DNA from: an uncultured bacterium
Lineage (GTDB): Bacteria; Oederibacteriota; Oederibacteriia; Oederibacteriales; Oederibacteriaceae
DNA length: 64,000 nucleotides
Assembly: GCA_965112635.1 (NCBI GenBank)
Contig: OZ218778.1
Span: forward strand, 2,496,001 to 2,560,000
Direction of reading: 5' to 3'
Positions 37,439-46,391 of the stretch are shown here, in pieces. Below the pieces are notes generated by a model. It was not told the origin of the DNA. It worked only from the letters and a program-made list of their open reading frames with translations, and ran no database searches. Position 1 is the stretch's first letter. Each line of letters begins with the position of its first letter. Both the position numbers and the translations under genes were made by a program.

Positions 37439-38224
37439 CTACTTGTTCATTCCCCACATTACTATAACCGGAACGCCTTTCTTATCCTTGGAAACGGACG
37501 CCTGGCCGTCTATCCCGGCATTCCCGCATTTGATCAGATAATTGCCGTCCTTGGCCTGCATGGCGGCGCAAGCCCAGCCTTTGGCCTTCATATTATCCAT
37601 GAGCATGCTCTTGACCGCCTCCCGCGACCCCTTACCCTGATACACCACGGCAAACGCCTGTTTTGTCCCTATTGTTTGCTGTTCGGAAAATATCCGTTTG
37701 AAATATTTTTCCGCCAAAAGCGGGCTTAAGCTCGCCGTGGGTCTGGCTTTGGCCAAGCCATTCACAGTGCCCGCGATTTCCATGGTAGCCAGATAGCTTG
37801 TGCCGGTGGTTTTGGAGAACGCTCCCACCAAAAAGACTTTCCCGCCTTTTTTAAATCCTCCCAGACTGAGCGAACCCGGCTTGACCTTCCTTGTACTCTT
37901 GTTCAATCCCAGCAATGCTTTGAGGCTGTCCGGACGGCATTTGTCCTGCCAACCGTTCTGCCCTGCCCTGAGTTTGTAGTACTGCAGCACTTGGTTAGGA
38001 GACATTCTGGTCTTATAAATGGTCATGGGGCTGGCTGAGCCGTTTATGGCAATTATTTGTTGGCCCAAATACTCTGCCCCTGCTGGCGCGGGCAAGGCAT
38101 TGCCAAGAGCCACATCCCTGGTCTCCAGAACTTTGGCCTGGAACCCAGTTGGGAACAAGAAACCCTTTAAAAAAGCCAGCACACCCAGGCCCAGCACGAT
38201 TAAAATCTTTTTTTTCAGCGACAT
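37439..38224 (-). CDS. Membrane-anchored hypothetical protein, probable Tad accessory
   Basis: N-terminal anchor (MSLKKKILIVLGLG...); last gene of the tad pseudopilin cassette. Confidence 0.55.
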   Translation of the reverse strand: MSLKKKILIVLGLGVLAFLKGFLFPTGFQAKVLETRDVALGNALPAPAGAEYLGQQIIAINGSASPMTIYKTRMSPNQVLQYYKLRAGQNGWQDKCRPDSLKALLGLNKSTRKVKPGSLSLGGFKKGGKVFLVGAFSKTTGTSYLATMEIAGTVNGLAKARPTASLSPLLAEKYFKRIFSEQQTIGTKQAFAVVYQGKGSREAVKSMLMDNMKAKGWACAAMQAKDGNYLIKCGNAGIDGQASVSKDKKGVPVIVMWGMNK

Positions 38225-38270
38225 ATGTCTTTTTCTCCCCAAAAGGCCCCTTTAAAATATTGGGGCTATC

Positions 38271-38717
38271 TCACTGCTTCATAATGACGCAGTCTTCCTT
38301 GAAAATGATCAAGTTGCCGGCCACGCTGTTCAGCAAAAAAGGCAGGCCTTCCCTGTAGGAGACCTCCACCCTGTATCCGGTAAGGTCCATCCCGAGGATG
38401 CCGAGGATATCCATGACTTCCGAAAGATCAGGGCCCAGGGTGCTGGTCACGGACACGCTGAGGTTACCGGGGTTCATTCCCATAGCGCCTCCGCACACAT
38501 TCTGCCTCAGCCAGTATTCGATCTGCGGCACGCTGGCTCCTCTGGCGTATTGCACGGCCGCTTCTCTCGCGGCCATGGTCAGCCGGGTCTTATGGACCAA
38601 CAAAGAGCCCGTCCATACCACAATGACCAGGAACAAGGCGAGGAACGGGAAAATGATGACGGTTTCCATGAGCGCCTGGCCTTTCTGGCCCCTGATGCGG
38701 GATTTATTAGTGGGCAA
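38271..38717 (-). CDS. tadE: TadE-family pseudopilin
   Basis: KG-QALME prepilin motif with Glu+5, hydrophobic helix, AAREAA. Confidence 0.85.
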   Translation of the reverse strand: MPTNKSRIRGQKGQALMETVIIFPFLALFLVIVVWTGSLLVHKTRLTMAAREAAVQYARGASVPQIEYWLRQNVCGGAMGMNPGNLSVSVTSTLGPDLSEVMDILGILGMDLTGYRVEVSYREGLPFLLNSVAGNLIIFKEDCVIMKQ

Positions 38718-39663
38718 TATTGGCCACCCCCGCTTTGTTCAGTACATTTATGATGGAGCTAAGCTCCGGGACGACTAGATCCTCCAGCATAAAAGGCTGG
38801 AAAAACGCCGAGTAAAACTTGTAGGGATTGGTTGGGTCCAGGTCCACCGGAGCAAGGGTCCCGCCGCCTATGCCGGCTTCGGACACCGCGTACATCTGGT
38901 CATACATCTTGCCCAAACCAAACAGCCCGAAGGACATGGGCCAGGACTGCTGCGGCTGGGTGCAAAATACCGCCACGCGGTGGTCCGTGACAGTCTCCAC
39001 GATAAGGGCATCGCCGTTCTCTTTTTTCGGAGGGTTTTCCCTCACATAGATATAGGACATCCCGCCCTCTCCGACGCCTCTATAATGCCACCTGCCTCTC
39101 CTGTCCTGCGAACATTCGTCCTCGCTCACAGTCACGCGGGGTGAGCCGTCCTTGGGCTGGTAGGAAAACGTTCTTTTTCCAGTGTCCTGGCCAAAAATGG
39201 AATCGACCAAGGTCAAGCGGTCCACGGCCAAGGAAGGGTTCAAAACTTCGCCGTTGATGGCCACGATGGGAGACGGCGGGACATTCACCAGGTGCTGGCA
39301 ACCGTTTTCTTGGGCGATGTACAGGGCCTCCAGTTGGATCAGTCTGGGCCCCAGATTCATGATGATATCTTGGGGAATACCAAACAATTTCCTGACATTC
39401 GGGTCAATCCCCGTGTCCAAAAAAACTCCCGTGTCAGATGCCCAGGCTACGCAATAGGCCGTGTTCAAAATTTTTAGTCCATTCAAACATTTGGCGTATA
39501 CTTCCGCCCCGCTCAGGGCGGCCGCGTCGCAGCTGTTCTGCAGTTTTATCCTGTTCCTCACAGCCACCCCGGCGTTGACCATAAAGGCAAGGAAAATAAA
39601 AAGGGTGGGTATGAGGAGCAGGAGGAGGACCAGGACCTGGCCTTTGTTTTTTTTCTTTTTCAT
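38707..39663 (-). CDS. TadG-like protein (Tad N-terminal domain)
   Basis: KG-QVLVL, TM helix, RIKLQNSCDAAALSGA; start MKKKKNKGQ overlaps the upstream stop (ATGA). Confidence 0.8.
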   Translation of the reverse strand: MKKKKNKGQVLVLLLLLIPTLFIFLAFMVNAGVAVRNRIKLQNSCDAAALSGAEVYAKCLNGLKILNTAYCVAWASDTGVFLDTGIDPNVRKLFGIPQDIIMNLGPRLIQLEALYIAQENGCQHLVNVPPSPIVAINGEVLNPSLAVDRLTLVDSIFGQDTGKRTFSYQPKDGSPRVTVSEDECSQDRRGRWHYRGVGEGGMSYIYVRENPPKKENGDALIVETVTDHRVAVFCTQPQQSWPMSFGLFGLGKMYDQMYAVSEAGIGGGTLAPVDLDPTNPYKFYSAFFQPFMLEDLVVPELSSIINVLNKAGVANIAH

Positions 39664-40115
39664 CGGAACATCTCCATCGGCATGCTCCAGGAGCTGTGGA
39701 AGGGCAAAGCGGGTTTGCCCCATATATTTATTTTTGCAGGATCGCTGTTGAGCAGTATCACCCGGTCAACCAGCGGGAAGACTAGGGGCTCATAATAGAT
39801 GATATCCACATTGACCCCGTAAAAATTGGGTGTCGCCAGGGACGCGGTGGCAAAGGGAACCTTGACCCAGTTTGCGGAAAGGAACGGATAGGACGACCGC
39901 ATGACCCCTGCGGCAGCCTGGTGAGCGATCCACTGCGGGTCTTCGTAATGCACGCAAGCGGACCTGGCCCCCATATAGGCCGCGTAATCCACCAGGAATT
40001 TGGTCTTGAACAGCATCACAATTTGCATCAGGCAAAAGATAAAGAGCAGGACCAGCGGCAGTATGATGGCCAGCTCCACGGTGGCCTGGCCCTTTGGGGC
40101 CCTGGGTAATCTCAT
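39660..40115 (-). CDS. tadE: TadE-family pseudopilin
   Basis: KG-QATVELAIILP with Glu+5, YAAYMGAR; start overlaps the lnt stop (ATGA). Confidence 0.85.
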   Translation of the reverse strand: MRLPRAPKGQATVELAIILPLVLLFIFCLMQIVMLFKTKFLVDYAAYMGARSACVHYEDPQWIAHQAAAGVMRSSYPFLSANWVKVPFATASLATPNFYGVNVDIIYYEPLVFPLVDRVILLNSDPAKINIWGKPALPFHSSWSMPMEMFR

Positions 40116-41554
40116 GCGCCCGCCTCCCTTTTTTTGCGGATAAACCATTCCACGAGCATCCAGCCCAGGCACAAAACGCACAGCTTCAGGCAGCAGGGCG
40201 CGAACAACCAGCCCCAACGGCTGTAAAAAGTGCCGCCTGTCCGCATATAGGCCGTGCCCACCAGCACCCCTTCCTGGTCCAAAGGCATGGCGTTTTGGAT
40301 CTCTCCCAAGGGGTCAATGATCTGGGACACTCCGGATGAGGCGGCCCGGACCAGCCACAAGCCTGATTCCACGGCCCGCATAGGGGACATGGCCGAATGC
40401 TGGAGGCGCTGGACATCGCCCCAGTCCGAAGGGTCCAGATTGGGGTCAACCAAAAGCTGGGCTCCGTCCCTGACCAGCTTGCGGGTGCCGTTCTCAAAAT
40501 CCAGGTCATAACATATCTGGATGCCCAGCTTGCCCAGGCTGGTCTCTAGCGGCCTGGGATCACGGTTGGGAGGCAGGGGCCTTTCCACATAGGGGATGGG
40601 ATGCTGCTTGTCGTAGCGCCCGATCAATTTCCCTGCAGGCGACAGGGCCCAGACAAAATTCTGCCATCTCCCCTTTTTCAGGTCTTCGGACACGATATTG
40701 CACCCGACCAGGGTAATGGCCTTGGTCCCTCTAAGGCTCCGGCTCAATAATTTGAAATAGGCGTTTTCCTGTCCGGGCTGGATGGGAAAAGCGTCCTCGT
40801 GCCACACGCACAGGTCTGCGTTTCGTGCCGCCGGAATGAGGCTTAGCCTAGCCAGGGTTTCCAGGGTGCAAGACTCGCTTTGCACCAGGGCCACGGTCAC
40901 AGGCTTGCCGTCTTTGGTCAGGAAATGGGACATTCGGTACCCCCCCCAGAACCAGGCCACGGCCAGCAAAAGCAGGGGCAGCAAAAGGCCCAGCAGAGAC
41001 TTTTTGCGGCACAGGACCAAACTCACGCCGGCATTGACCCAGACCACTAGAGCGGACAGGCCGTAAATGCCCAGGATGCTTGCGGACTGCCGGATGTTGC
41101 TGTTCACGGACTGGCTGAATCCCAGGCTCATCCAGGAATTATTGAGCCACCAGACCTCTGACCTGAAAAATTCCAGCCCTGTCCAAAACAAGCCGGCCAG
41201 CAGCACCCAGACAAACCTGCGGTCCTTTCCCTGTATAAAACGCTGGTCCCAGGCCCAGGCTAGCAGCATCATGTGCAGGGCCATGAAAATGGCCAGGACG
41301 CACCAAAAGGCGACGGCCACGACCCCAAACAGCTTGAGGAACCAGTTGAGCGACAGGCCGTAAAAGACCAGGCCAGCCACGGCTCCCAGGTTGGCTGCCG
41401 GGCGGATGCCCTGGCTGTGCAGCACAGCGTAAATAAGGGGGACCAGGGCCACCCAGATGATGGGACAGGTGGGATAGGGAGGGAAAGACAGGAAAAGCAG
41501 GACGCCGGACAGGACAGCCAGCAACCACGGAAATACTCTGGAAAATATTTTCAA
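40112..41554 (-). CDS. lnt: Apolipoprotein N-acyltransferase
   Basis: LSFPP, EFFR, LGFSQ, VALVQ; nitrilase-fold triad WHED / YDKQH / ICYD; RAVE, SGVS..IDPLG. Confidence 0.85.
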   Translation of the reverse strand: MKIFSRVFPWLLAVLSGVLLFLSFPPYPTCPIIWVALVPLIYAVLHSQGIRPAANLGAVAGLVFYGLSLNWFLKLFGVVAVAFWCVLAIFMALHMMLLAWAWDQRFIQGKDRRFVWVLLAGLFWTGLEFFRSEVWWLNNSWMSLGFSQSVNSNIRQSASILGIYGLSALVVWVNAGVSLVLCRKKSLLGLLLPLLLLAVAWFWGGYRMSHFLTKDGKPVTVALVQSESCTLETLARLSLIPAARNADLCVWHEDAFPIQPGQENAYFKLLSRSLRGTKAITLVGCNIVSEDLKKGRWQNFVWALSPAGKLIGRYDKQHPIPYVERPLPPNRDPRPLETSLGKLGIQICYDLDFENGTRKLVRDGAQLLVDPNLDPSDWGDVQRLQHSAMSPMRAVESGLWLVRAASSGVSQIIDPLGEIQNAMPLDQEGVLVGTAYMRTGGTFYSRWGWLFAPCCLKLCVLCLGWMLVEWFIRKKREAGA

Positions 41555-41566
41555 AACTCTCCCCTT

Positions 41567-41827
41567 CTACTCCGCTCTAAATCTAAAATAGATGGTCAAA
41601 CCCAAGAGGATCAATATAGACCTTATTATGATTACGACTGCAATATTTTCTGAGGGTATAGGCATGGCCAGGCCAAGCAATACGAATATGACCAGCCCGA
41701 TTATCCTGAACCGGCTGAGTACTCCCGTCGGCAAGAGCGCTCTTTTTTGCGGCGTCTTGCACTTCGGGCAGATGAGGGTCTGGCTGGATAGTTTCCCTCC
41801 GCATTTATAACAACGGGTCAATGCCAT
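41567..41827 (-). CDS. Small zinc-ribbon membrane protein
   Basis: CYKCG...CPKC followed by two TM helices. Confidence 0.7.
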   Translation of the reverse strand: MALTRCYKCGGKLSSQTLICPKCKTPQKRALLPTGVLSRFRIIGLVIFVLLGLAMPIPSENIAVVIIIRSILILLGLTIYFRFRAE

Positions 41828-41861
41828 GGTCTTCCCTCCGATTCAATCCCCCTGCCCTGTC

Positions 41862-42428
41862 CTACGGCGAGGAGGAGGATTCCAGCTCCTGAAGCTTATC
41901 CCCCACGAGTCCGCCTATCCTGTCCCCGGCCTGGTAAAGGACCACGCTAAAAACGACCAGCACCACGGCCAGGATGACGAACGCCCACAGGTGCCTGGAC
42001 TCATAGCGTTCGATGGTACGGGCAAAGGCGACCAGGCCTATCAAAGCCGCCACGACAATGACGCCGTCCACGCTGGCCCTCTGCCAGTAGCTTCCGCCCA
42101 AATGGAGCCACATCCCGAACTCGTCAAAGGTCAGGGCCAGGGCCACCCCGTAGAGCAGGGCCGTGATCTCAGCGGCCCTTCCCGTGGGCCTGCGGAACAC
42201 GCTGTAGCCGGCCACCAGGGAAAGCAGGAAAATGCCGTAATTGAGGTGGTGCACATGGGTTCCCTGCGTGAAAAAATACATATTGGGGACCGCTTTGGCC
42301 ATGATGAGGAAAACCATGATCCTGGCGAGCAAAAAAGTGACGATGAACCCGAACAGGGTCCTGCGGGCCAAACGGTGGGCTGTTTCGCGGGGCATGGGTT
42401 TTTCTAAAAGAGTTTCTTTGGCCGGCAT
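41862..42428 (-). CDS. Integral membrane protein of unknown function
   Basis: About five TM helices; HVHHLNYG and LTFDEF..WL...YW motifs. Confidence 0.7.
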   Translation of the reverse strand: MPAKETLLEKPMPRETAHRLARRTLFGFIVTFLLARIMVFLIMAKAVPNMYFFTQGTHVHHLNYGIFLLSLVAGYSVFRRPTGRAAEITALLYGVALALTFDEFGMWLHLGGSYWQRASVDGVIVVAALIGLVAFARTIERYESRHLWAFVILAVVLVVFSVVLYQAGDRIGGLVGDKLQELESSSSP

Positions 42429-42509
42429 GTTCCCTCCAAGGTTATTGCAACTTTATGATTTTACCCTACAAAAACCTTGTTGGGGAGATATTCATGAATG
42501 TTTCGGACT

Positions 42510-43643
42510 TCAGCCCTTGAGCTTCAGCGCCGCCATGACCTGGTCCGTGATCTGGTTGATCAGGGCTTCGGTTTCCGGGGCAGCCGGGCCCGCGGCCTTG
42601 CTTTTGCCGCAATTCCCAGGGCAGGCCGAGGTACCGTGCACTTTACAGCAGCCCTTGGCTCCTGCCTGGCATTCCTTGGGGCAGACCGTGATGCCGCAAT
42701 TCTCTATAGGAACATCGCACAGGGCGCACTCCTTGCCCGTGAACCGGGGGTCCACGATGCCCAGTTTTCTCTTTGTTTCAAGGAGGGCCGTGGTCTCGTT
42801 GTCCGATATCCGGGTGATGGGCTGTCCCAGCTGGGCGGCCAGCATCAGGGTCCGGCAATAGGTCTCCACGACCTCCACGCACCATTCCGCGTGGGTGACC
42901 GAATCAGCCCAGCAAACCAGGCCGTGGTTTCCCATCAGGATGGTGTTGTGGTCTTTGGCCAGGGGCACGACCTGGTCAGCCACGCTCTTGGTTCCCGGTG
43001 TGCCATAGGGAGAAAAAGCCACCATGCCCACGAATATTTCCGCCTCAGGGATGATGCAGTTAGGCGGGGTAACCCCGGTAATGGCGTAGGCCGTGGCGTG
43101 CGGCGGATGGGCGTGGACACAGGCTTTGGCCTTGGGCTGGGCTTTCATGATCTCCAGATGCAGGATGATCTCGCTGGTGCTTTTGTTGTGGCCGGCCACC
43201 TGTTTGCCGTCCTCCAGCCTGACCATGCAGATGTCTTCCACGGTCAGGTCATTCTTGCTGACCAGGGTGGGAGTGCACAGCACGTACTGGTCCGAGATGC
43301 GGTAGGAAATATTGCCGCCGTTGCCGTCCACAAAATCCCGCTGCCATAATTTCCTGCCGGTCTGCACCATTTCTTTTTTGATGGCCATGGCTTCACTGGA
43401 ATTGAACAGCGACTCAATGGAGCCGAAATAGGCCTTGGGGCCTGCCGGGGTGGCCAGGACCGGCCTCATGATAACGACCGCGGTCCTTTTGACCGTGATC
43501 CCATGGCCCACCACGATATCCTTGGCCGTGGAGGTCACCACCGCGTCGCTGGACAAGACGATCTCCCCTGCTCCGGCGTTGACCGCCGCTTCCAGGTCCC
43601 TGCCCGTGATCACCGCTTTTCCCTGCAGGTCCATGCTGTTCAT
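42510..43643 (-). CDS. BMC-associated class II aldolase (PVM-type) with extra N-terminal domain, Cys-rich tail and C-terminal encapsulation peptide
   Basis: GGNIS, TPT, TSE...H, HAHP, MGNHG; terminal amphipathic helix TEALINQITDQVMAAL. Confidence 0.88.
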   Translation of the reverse strand: MNSMDLQGKAVITGRDLEAAVNAGAGEIVLSSDAVVTSTAKDIVVGHGITVKRTAVVIMRPVLATPAGPKAYFGSIESLFNSSEAMAIKKEMVQTGRKLWQRDFVDGNGGNISYRISDQYVLCTPTLVSKNDLTVEDICMVRLEDGKQVAGHNKSTSEIILHLEIMKAQPKAKACVHAHPPHATAYAITGVTPPNCIIPEAEIFVGMVAFSPYGTPGTKSVADQVVPLAKDHNTILMGNHGLVCWADSVTHAEWCVEVVETYCRTLMLAAQLGQPITRISDNETTALLETKRKLGIVDPRFTGKECALCDVPIENCGITVCPKECQAGAKGCCKVHGTSACPGNCGKSKAAGPAAPETEALINQITDQVMAALKLKG

Positions 43644-43661
43644 TTTCTCCTCACCCCTTTT

Positions 43662-43970
43662 TTAATTAGTTTTTGGGCCGTCGATCGGCCTGTAATCGAT
43701 CTGTTCCACGATCAAACCGCAATAAATATCCACCGCTACATTCCTCGGATAATAGGCGTTGGTGCCTTCCCGGCCTTCCACATAACCAACCGTCTGTCCC
43801 ACGGCCGGGTTGAGATGGGTGGCCACCACGACCTGGCGGCCCGTGGCCGCGCCCTTTTTGCTCCGTAGATCTTCCCGGGTCAGCGTGTCCACGATCAGGA
43901 AATGCGTATCCGTAAGCTCCGGGATGAGCTTGTGGTTCACGACTTTGCCTCTCACGATGCCTAAGTTCAT
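43662..43970 (-). CDS. BMC vertex protein (BMC-P, EutN/CcmL family, divergent)
   Basis: GIVRGKVV...EGREG...VDIYCGLIVE. Confidence 0.8.
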   Translation of the reverse strand: MNLGIVRGKVVNHKLIPELTDTHFLIVDTLTREDLRSKKGAATGRQVVVATHLNPAVGQTVGYVEGREGTNAYYPRNVAVDIYCGLIVEQIDYRPIDGPKTN

Positions 43971-44233
43971 CGGCTCACCTCGTCCACGATGCCTATGACC
44001 ACCAGGCGGCTCGGCGTGCTCTTGTCGTTGGTCACACGGCGGGCATGGTCCCCGTCCGTGGAAACCATCACCAGGGAGCCGTATCCGGCCCCGATATTGT
44101 CCATGATGATCTGCGGGTCGCCCTCGGGCTGGTAGTCCGCGTTGACCCTCTGGCCTATTAAAAGCCTCTGGTTTTGGAAGCTTTTGTGCTTGGCCGTGGA
44201 GGTCAAAGTGCCTTCAATTCTGGCTAAGAACAT
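43967..44233 (-). CDS. BMC vertex protein (BMC-P)
   Basis: ARIEGTLTSTAKH...DNIGAGYG...IGIVD. Confidence 0.9.
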   Translation of the reverse strand: MFLARIEGTLTSTAKHKSFQNQRLLIGQRVNADYQPEGDPQIIMDNIGAGYGSLVMVSTDGDHARRVTNDKSTPSRLVVIGIVDEVSR

Positions 44234-44244
44234 TGGTTGCTCTC

Positions 44245-45714
44245 CTAGGTAAAATTCAAATTGCCGCCGATGACCAGCTGGCGCTGTCTCGTAAAGGTCA
44301 GCGGGGTGGTCACTCCCTCGCCGGTCGGAGTGGCAATGCTGTAGCTCAGGTATCCCGGCCCGTCCAGCCCCAGGCTGGCCGCGCAGTTGGCGTTCTGCAC
44401 AAAGAGCGTGGTGTTCATGGCCCTGGCCATCCTGCTCACATTGTTGATGTTATTGGAATGGATGAGCGCGGTATGCTTATAGCCATGCTCGGCCTTGACC
44501 GCCGCCCGTATGGCCTCGTCGATATTGGGCACCCTGACAATGGGAACAAAGGGCATCATCTGCTCTTCCTGGACGAACGGATGGTCCTCGTCGGTCTCGC
44601 CGAATAAAAGGTCCACCTGGCCGCTCAATTTGAGGCCGGCCGCCTCCGCCAGGAAACTGGTGTCCCGGCCAATGAATTCGCGCTGGACATGGGCCTGGGC
44701 GCAGCCGGCGCCCTTGTCTTTTTCCATGGTAAAAGCCTTCTGGGTGAGCTTGGCGATCTGCTCCTGGTTGAGCTCCACGGCTCCTGCCCTTTTCATGGCC
44801 GCGATAAAGGCGTCCGCCACGCTCTGCAGGACGAACACCTCTTTTTCCCCGATGCAGAGCAGGTTGTTGTCAAAAGAAGCGCCCTTGATGATGTCCTGGG
44901 CCGCTTTGTCCAGGTTGGCGGTCTCGTCCACTACGACCGGCGGATTGCCCGGCCCGGCGGCGATGACCCTCTTGCCCGCTTTCATGGCCGACCTCACCAC
45001 AGCCGGCCCGCCCGTTACGCAGAGGAGGGCGATGTCCTTGTGGTGAAAAAGCTCCACAGCCGACTCGATGGACGGTTTTTCCACGGTGCAGATCACGTTC
45101 TCCACGCCGGTCTTCCGGACGATCTCCCGGTTTATGGACCGCAGGGCGTGCACAAAGCATTTGCTGGCCAAAGGATGGGGGCTAAAAACGGCTGTGTTGC
45201 CCGCGGCAAGGATATTGATGGCGTTGCCGGCCATGGTCGGAACCGAATGCGTGGCCGGGGTGACCATGCCGATGACCCCAAAAGGCGCGTAAGCGGTCAG
45301 GCTCACGCCGGTGTGGTCGCTGCGGGCCCCTGTCCTCAGGGCCTCCACGCCGACCACCTTTTTGACAAGTTTTAGCTTCTCTATTTTATGGTCCATCCTG
45401 CCGATCTTGGACTCTTCGAACTCCATCCTGCCCCAGTTTTCCGCCTGCTGTTCGCACATCTCGCGGATGACCTTGATCATGACATCCCGCTCGTCCAGGG
45501 TCATTTGCTTGACCTTTTGCTGGGCGGCCAAGGCCGCGGCCACCGCTTCGTCCATGGTGGAAAACACTCCGTCCGAGCCGCCTGTGCCGCCCCGAGGAGC
45601 CGCGGTCCTTACGGGGGCTGTATCTTCTTTTAAATGGGGCTGCAAACGCCGGACCACTTCCTGCACAATGGCGGAAACGTCCACATCCTTGCCCTGTATC
45701 GTGACTGTAGCCAT
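44245..45714 (-). CDS. CoA-acylating aldehyde dehydrogenase (EutE/PduP family) with N-terminal encapsulation peptide
   Basis: VSAIVQEVVRRL peptide; PFGVIG, TGGPAVV, AGPGNPP, FDNNLLCIGEKE, EQMMP, TPTGEG. Confidence 0.93.
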   Translation of the reverse strand: MATVTIQGKDVDVSAIVQEVVRRLQPHLKEDTAPVRTAAPRGGTGGSDGVFSTMDEAVAAALAAQQKVKQMTLDERDVMIKVIREMCEQQAENWGRMEFEESKIGRMDHKIEKLKLVKKVVGVEALRTGARSDHTGVSLTAYAPFGVIGMVTPATHSVPTMAGNAINILAAGNTAVFSPHPLASKCFVHALRSINREIVRKTGVENVICTVEKPSIESAVELFHHKDIALLCVTGGPAVVRSAMKAGKRVIAAGPGNPPVVVDETANLDKAAQDIIKGASFDNNLLCIGEKEVFVLQSVADAFIAAMKRAGAVELNQEQIAKLTQKAFTMEKDKGAGCAQAHVQREFIGRDTSFLAEAAGLKLSGQVDLLFGETDEDHPFVQEEQMMPFVPIVRVPNIDEAIRAAVKAEHGYKHTALIHSNNINNVSRMARAMNTTLFVQNANCAASLGLDGPGYLSYSIATPTGEGVTTPLTFTRQRQLVIGGNLNFT

Positions 45715-45730
45715 AAGAAGTTCTCCTTTT

Positions 45731-46027
45731 TTACGGCTTGTTGACTAACTTGCCTTCGACCTCGATGGAATCCACGATGCCGATGATGACCGTGTCCACC
45801 GGCGCGTCCTTGGTGGCGTCCGTGAACCGGGCCGAACTGCCCTGGGTGAACATCACGAACTCTCCCTTGCCCGCTCCCACGCTGTCCACGGCCACGAAGG
45901 TGTTGCCCGTCGGAGCCCACTTGCCTTCCTTGGTGATGAAAGGCTGCACGTAGAGCAGTTTCATGCCCTGGCATTTTTGGTTCTTTTGGGACGACACCAC
46001 TTGTCCGATAACTTTGCCTAATAACAT
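45731..46027 (-). CDS. BMC vertex protein (BMC-P, EutN-like)
   Basis: GKVIGQVVSSQK...AVDSVGAGKGE...QGSSAR...PVD..IIGIVD. Confidence 0.93.
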   Translation of the reverse strand: MLLGKVIGQVVSSQKNQKCQGMKLLYVQPFITKEGKWAPTGNTFVAVDSVGAGKGEFVMFTQGSSARFTDATKDAPVDTVIIGIVDSIEVEGKLVNKP

Positions 46028-46090
46028 GGTTGGCTCTCTTTCCCGCGCCGGTCGCTCAACACGGACCGGCCTCGATTTTTGAAAAAAGGG

Positions 46091-46360
46091 TTACGGCAGT
46101 ACTATTCCCAGGCTGTCATGCGGCCGGGGAATGACCTGGACGCTGACGACCTGTCCGGCTTCCTTGGCGGCCACCGCTCCGGCGTCCACCGCGGCCTTGA
46201 CCGCGGCCACCTCTCCCACCACGAAGCAGGTGCAGAACCCGCTGCCTACTTTTTTCCACCCTTTGAACTGGACGTTGGCCGACTTGAGCATGGCGTCCGT
46301 TGCCAAAACCAGAGGCGTCAGGCCCTTGGTCTCGATCATTCCTATCGCTTGCTGTGCCAT
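46091..46360 (-). CDS. BMC hexamer shell protein (BMC-H)
   Basis: AIGMIETKG...DAMLKSANV...GEVAAVKAAV...IPRPH. Confidence 0.95.
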   Translation of the reverse strand: MAQQAIGMIETKGLTPLVLATDAMLKSANVQFKGWKKVGSGFCTCFVVGEVAAVKAAVDAGAVAAKEAGQVVSVQVIPRPHDSLGIVLP

Positions 46361-46391
46361 TTGCCTATCTCCTTTCCCCTTTTAGGGATAT

